Of a DNA stretch of 64,000 nt, positions 60,786-64,000 are shown piece after piece (position 1 is the stretch's first letter; the number at the start of each line of letters is the position of its first letter). A model generated the notes under the pieces. The model had not been told where the DNA came from. It saw only the letters and a program-made list of their open reading frames with translations, and did no database searches. The position numbers and the translations under genes were made by a program. Source of the DNA: a virus (taxonomy: Duplodnaviria > Caudoviricetes); the IMG/VR virus record IMGVR_UViG_3300027914_001163, positions 64,001 to 128,000 of that record; one strand, written 5' to 3'.

Positions 60786-61045
60786 TGTTTTTTCTTCTTA
60801 TACAATTTTTTCCAACTCTTTGAACTCAGACACGAGATTCTTTTCTCAATGTTCCAACTGTCCAAAAAGTGTGGTGATCTGCAACGTCGAAGTTTAACGT
60901 CTTCTTCCATATCCTTGAACCAACGTCTTTGTTCCTGGTTTGTTGGAATGCGACGATATTGCCGATCATGCTTTGAAACCATCCAATATTCATAACATGG
61001 ATAGTCGTAATACTTGTGCTGATAATTGTTCCAGTATTCTATCAT
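60668..61045 (-). CDS. hypothetical basic protein
   Basis: ORF with GGAGG SD. Confidence 0.5.
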   Translation of the reverse strand: MIEYWNNYQHKYYDYPCYEYWMVSKHDRQYRRIPTNQEQRRWFKDMEEDVKLRRCRSPHFLDSWNIEKRISCLSSKSWKKLYKKKKQWQAPNSYIRCQNSRWRRSEMRSIKSPMSATTADSTISS

Positions 61046-61108
61046 AATGCCTCCTAACGTTTAAAACGTTAACAGACATCTTTCCATTGCATCATTATCT
61101 TGTTCATA

Positions 61109-61477
61109 TTATTCCACTTTTTTAAAATTGTTAAATTGCAATGTTACGCCCCAAGGGTCTTTACTGCCTTTATATAAATCATCAACTGCAATATGACATT
61201 GATATTTTCCTGAGATCGGAGTTATAGAACTTTGAATTGAATGTATCTTTTTATAATGGGCTTTAAATGTTATCACAAAGAATTCAAATTCTTCATCGTC
61301 GTTCTTTTCGACTTGAACATCTATTCCGCCGTTTTGTTTAATGGCTCGTTTAATATCATTTTTTGCTCTTTTAAATATTGAGTTCGGCCTGACAACAACA
61401 ACCCACTTAACCATAGCATGACTATGTTCTTTCGGAATGTCGTGTACCGCCTCAAGATAATCTTTAAACTGCTTCAT
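61109..61477 (-). CDS. putative internal head protein (starts MKQFKDYLEA)
   Basis: Shared N-terminal motif with the two neighbours. Confidence 0.55.
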   Translation of the reverse strand: MKQFKDYLEAVHDIPKEHSHAMVKWVVVVRPNSIFKRAKNDIKRAIKQNGGIDVQVEKNDDEEFEFFVITFKAHYKKIHSIQSSITPISGKYQCHIAVDDLYKGSKDPWGVTLQFNNFKKVE

Positions 61478-61479
61478 GT

Positions 61480-61857
61480 TTATTCACCGCCATATTTAAT
61501 CATCCACTGCCGGTCCTTATTCCTGGGAGAGAAACCACGTTCAGGATATGCAAATCGCAAGTTGTAGGTATGCTTTCCAACACGAATGTCAATCATGGTT
61601 CGTGGTTTAATGATCGAAAAGTAATTAACTTTTTCATAGTTAATTGTATTGAACTCATCAGGTAAATCAAGCAGACGTATTGCATGTTCCGGTGTTTCAA
61701 TCTTGGTGGCCATGCGCTTCATTGCAAGACCAGCACGATCATCTCCAAGGCTTTCCCAAACAGATACATAGATCGTTTTGCCGTTCCAGTATTTTATTTT
61801 TTGTTTAAGGTTTTCAATTCCCTCAAGTGCTTCAAGGTATTGTTTAAGTGTTTTCAT
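61480..61857 (-). CDS. putative internal head protein (starts MKTLKQYLEA)
   Basis: Shared N-terminal motif. Confidence 0.55.
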   Translation of the reverse strand: MKTLKQYLEALEGIENLKQKIKYWNGKTIYVSVWESLGDDRAGLAMKRMATKIETPEHAIRLLDLPDEFNTINYEKVNYFSIIKPRTMIDIRVGKHTYNLRFAYPERGFSPRNKDRQWMIKYGGE

Positions 61858-62162
61858 ATTACCTGTGGCCGATAATTATTAAAAATGTTAAAATCAAATT
61901 TCGAAGCATCATACATCTTATTGGCTATCTCGTGTATGAGTTTTTGTGGTGCTTTAAAATCAACAACCTCGGATTTTGACCATTCAGAACTGGATATTTT
62001 ATCATGGGAAACGTTTGTACCGCCAGCCTTTTCAATGGCCTGAATCAATTCCTCGATTGAACATTCGCTTTCTGTAGGGTCAAACCGAAACCACCACTTT
62101 TCCAGTTTGTTTTTGGGATCAATGGTATGGGCGGCTTCGAGATAATATTGAAAAGTTTTCAT
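61854..62162 (-). CDS. putative internal head protein (starts MKTFQYYLEA)
   Basis: Shared N-terminal motif. Confidence 0.55.
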   Translation of the reverse strand: MKTFQYYLEAAHTIDPKNKLEKWWFRFDPTESECSIEELIQAIEKAGGTNVSHDKISSSEWSKSEVVDFKAPQKLIHEIANKMYDASKFDFNIFNNYRPQVI

Positions 62163-63345
62163 TGTTTTATCCTTGACACAAATGTATATTATGGATAGAA
62201 TGTGAAAAATTCTTAATTATTCAGGGAGATAGGTAATGGAATACAATGCCATGATTGAACATATCAGCAGCTTCAAACGTTTTGGTATTGAACAACCTTG
62301 TCGATTTTGTGAAGAGCCTACTACCTGTCGTTGTGGATGCTGTCATAGTATTGAATGTAATAAAAAGTTGTGTAAGATAGAAGGCGAAAGATTAAAAGAA
62401 TTGTTGTATTAAGGAGATAGGCGATGGAGTATGATGTGGAACGAGTAATAGAAATATGGCCTAATGATAAAGGTTGGCATCTTGAAGTTGGAAAAGATCG
62501 AGACTGTTTGGGGCTGGTTGAGATACGATTGCACGATGACGAGAAAAAGGATATACCGGCCAGGATAGTTCTGGATCGTGCAGGAGCCGTGACACTGGCC
62601 AATATGATTATAGAATTCTGCAATCAGAATGACAATTTTAAAGGTGTTTGATATGAAAAAAATATCAGAATATTCCAGTCTGAGTCAGGTTCCATTGGAA
62701 CATCCAGATGTTAAATTTGTTTGTATGTGTCCTGCAATAATATGTGGTGACGCAGTGGGAGATAGAGGCTGTCTTGGGATTGACCACCAAAATTCAGAAT
62801 GTAATTTTATGAAAGACAAATAATAGGAATAATATCATGCGACAGACCAACAAGATAAAAGAAGAGCCGAAGATGGTAAAAAGTTTATCGCTTGCGGCAT
62901 TTGAAAAACTCGTGCAGTCCATAGATTCATTCAGAAACAGCGGTGACGTAGAGTTAGATGATGATTCACTTGACATACAATTTTACGACAATGGGGAAAT
63001 CATACTGGTTGGAAAATTTTTTATTTATGATCAACAACGAGTTATTCTGTAGGAGCGGGTTATGAAAATTTATGCCGATCATATTCTCAGTTTAAATAGA
63101 TTACGCTTTGGTGGCGGTGATTTTTTAATAGAATGTTATGTTGGTCCAGTTGGTTTTTATCGAGGATTAATTATAATGCTATATGATTTTACCTTATTAG
63201 TTCGACGAAAGCAATGGGTTCTTATGCCAGTTCAATATTATAATGAAGTGGAGCAGTTTGAAAAAGAATTCGCTGAGATTACAGGATTCACATTACATCT
63301 TGGAAAACAATTGTATGATCATAAATTTGTAATCGTGGAGCCTTA

Positions 63346-64000
63346 ATGGAACCGTGGCAACTTGAATTCCGGCGCAGACTCCCTCTCGACATTAAAATAA
63401 AGATGTCTCTCCGGCGCATCAAGTTATATTACGATCACTTTGAAGGAGACGTGTATGTTGCTTTCAGTGGAGGAAAAGACTCTACAGTCTTATTGCACTT
63501 GGTTAGACAGATATATCCAGACGTTGTTGGAGTCTATGTTAATACCGGCCTCGAATTTCCAGAAATCAATGAGTTCGTGCAGACCATTCCAAACGTTGTC
63601 ACTATCAAACCCAAGATGTCTTTCTATCAAGTCATCAAAGACTACGGTTATCCCCTGATCTCCAAAGAGCAAGCGCAGTACATTCGTCAGTACCGCACGG
63701 CCAAGAGTGAGAAGACCAAGACAACCAGAATGGAAGGTAACTCATACGGCAGGGGAAAGATAAGCGAGAAGTGGAAATTCCTGGTCGATGCTCCATTTAA
63801 GATTTCAGAACAGTGCTGTGACATCATGAAAAAACGACCATCGTATGCGTTTGAAAAGAAGACCGGTCTCCATCCAATCCTCGGCGTTATGGCAGATAAT
63901 TCATCCAAGCGTCACCAGGATTTCTTGAAGTATGGTTGCAACGCCTTTGAAAGTAAGCGACCAATATCCAGACCGATAGGATTCTGGACTGACGACGATA
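63346..64000 (+). CDS. PAPS-reductase-family (PP-loop) protein, truncated by window end
   Basis: Manual translation MEPWQL...VAFSGGKDSTVL...NTGLEFPE...CCDIMKK. Confidence 0.85.
   Translation, partial: MEPWQLEFRRRLPLDIKIKMSLRRIKLYYDHFEGDVYVAFSGGKDSTVLLHLVRQIYPDVVGVYVNTGLEFPEINEFVQTIPNVVTIKPKMSFYQVIKDYGYPLISKEQAQYIRQYRTAKSEKTKTTRMEGNSYGRGKISEKWKFLVDAPFKISEQCCDIMKKRPSYAFEKKTGLHPILGVMADNSSKRHQDFLKYGCNAFESKRPISRPIGFWTDDD

Noticed and set aside
64-63908. Many short antisense or overlapping ORFs in the six-frame track
   Set aside because: They are shadows of longer motif-bearing genes or of tRNAs, without SD sites or recognisable motifs

Overview
This window is a segment of a large lytic myovirus (jumbo-phage-like, T4-type replication and structural genes, standard genetic code). 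It encodes a gp32-like SSB, a split DnaE polymerase, primase, helicase, class II RNR, two sigma factors, terminase and baseplate-hub-like genes. It also carries 8 CCA-less tRNAs with a tRNA nucleotidyltransferase, RNA repair and ribosome rescue genes, and a nicotinamidase/vWA/PP2C/kinase (TerY-P-like) module. The most striking feature is at 57130-58982: a compact CRISPR-associated IscB locus. A 4-repeat array (37-nt repeats) is followed by a separately promoted omegaRNA scaffold whose 5' guide-adaptor appears replaced by a 31-nt anti-repeat. This looks like a dual crRNA + tracr-omegaRNA IscB with Cas9-like RNA architecture and no cas1/cas2 or tnpA in the window. Further copies of the same repeat lie far from the array (33119, 35648 and a weaker one at 10902), suggesting dispersed solo guides or decoys. 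Other candidates are a non-splicing Hint-like module at the DnaE split, a ~400-nt ornate ncRNA in the tRNA cluster and an anti-SD-loop sRNA. All calls come from reading motifs by eye; no database search was run.
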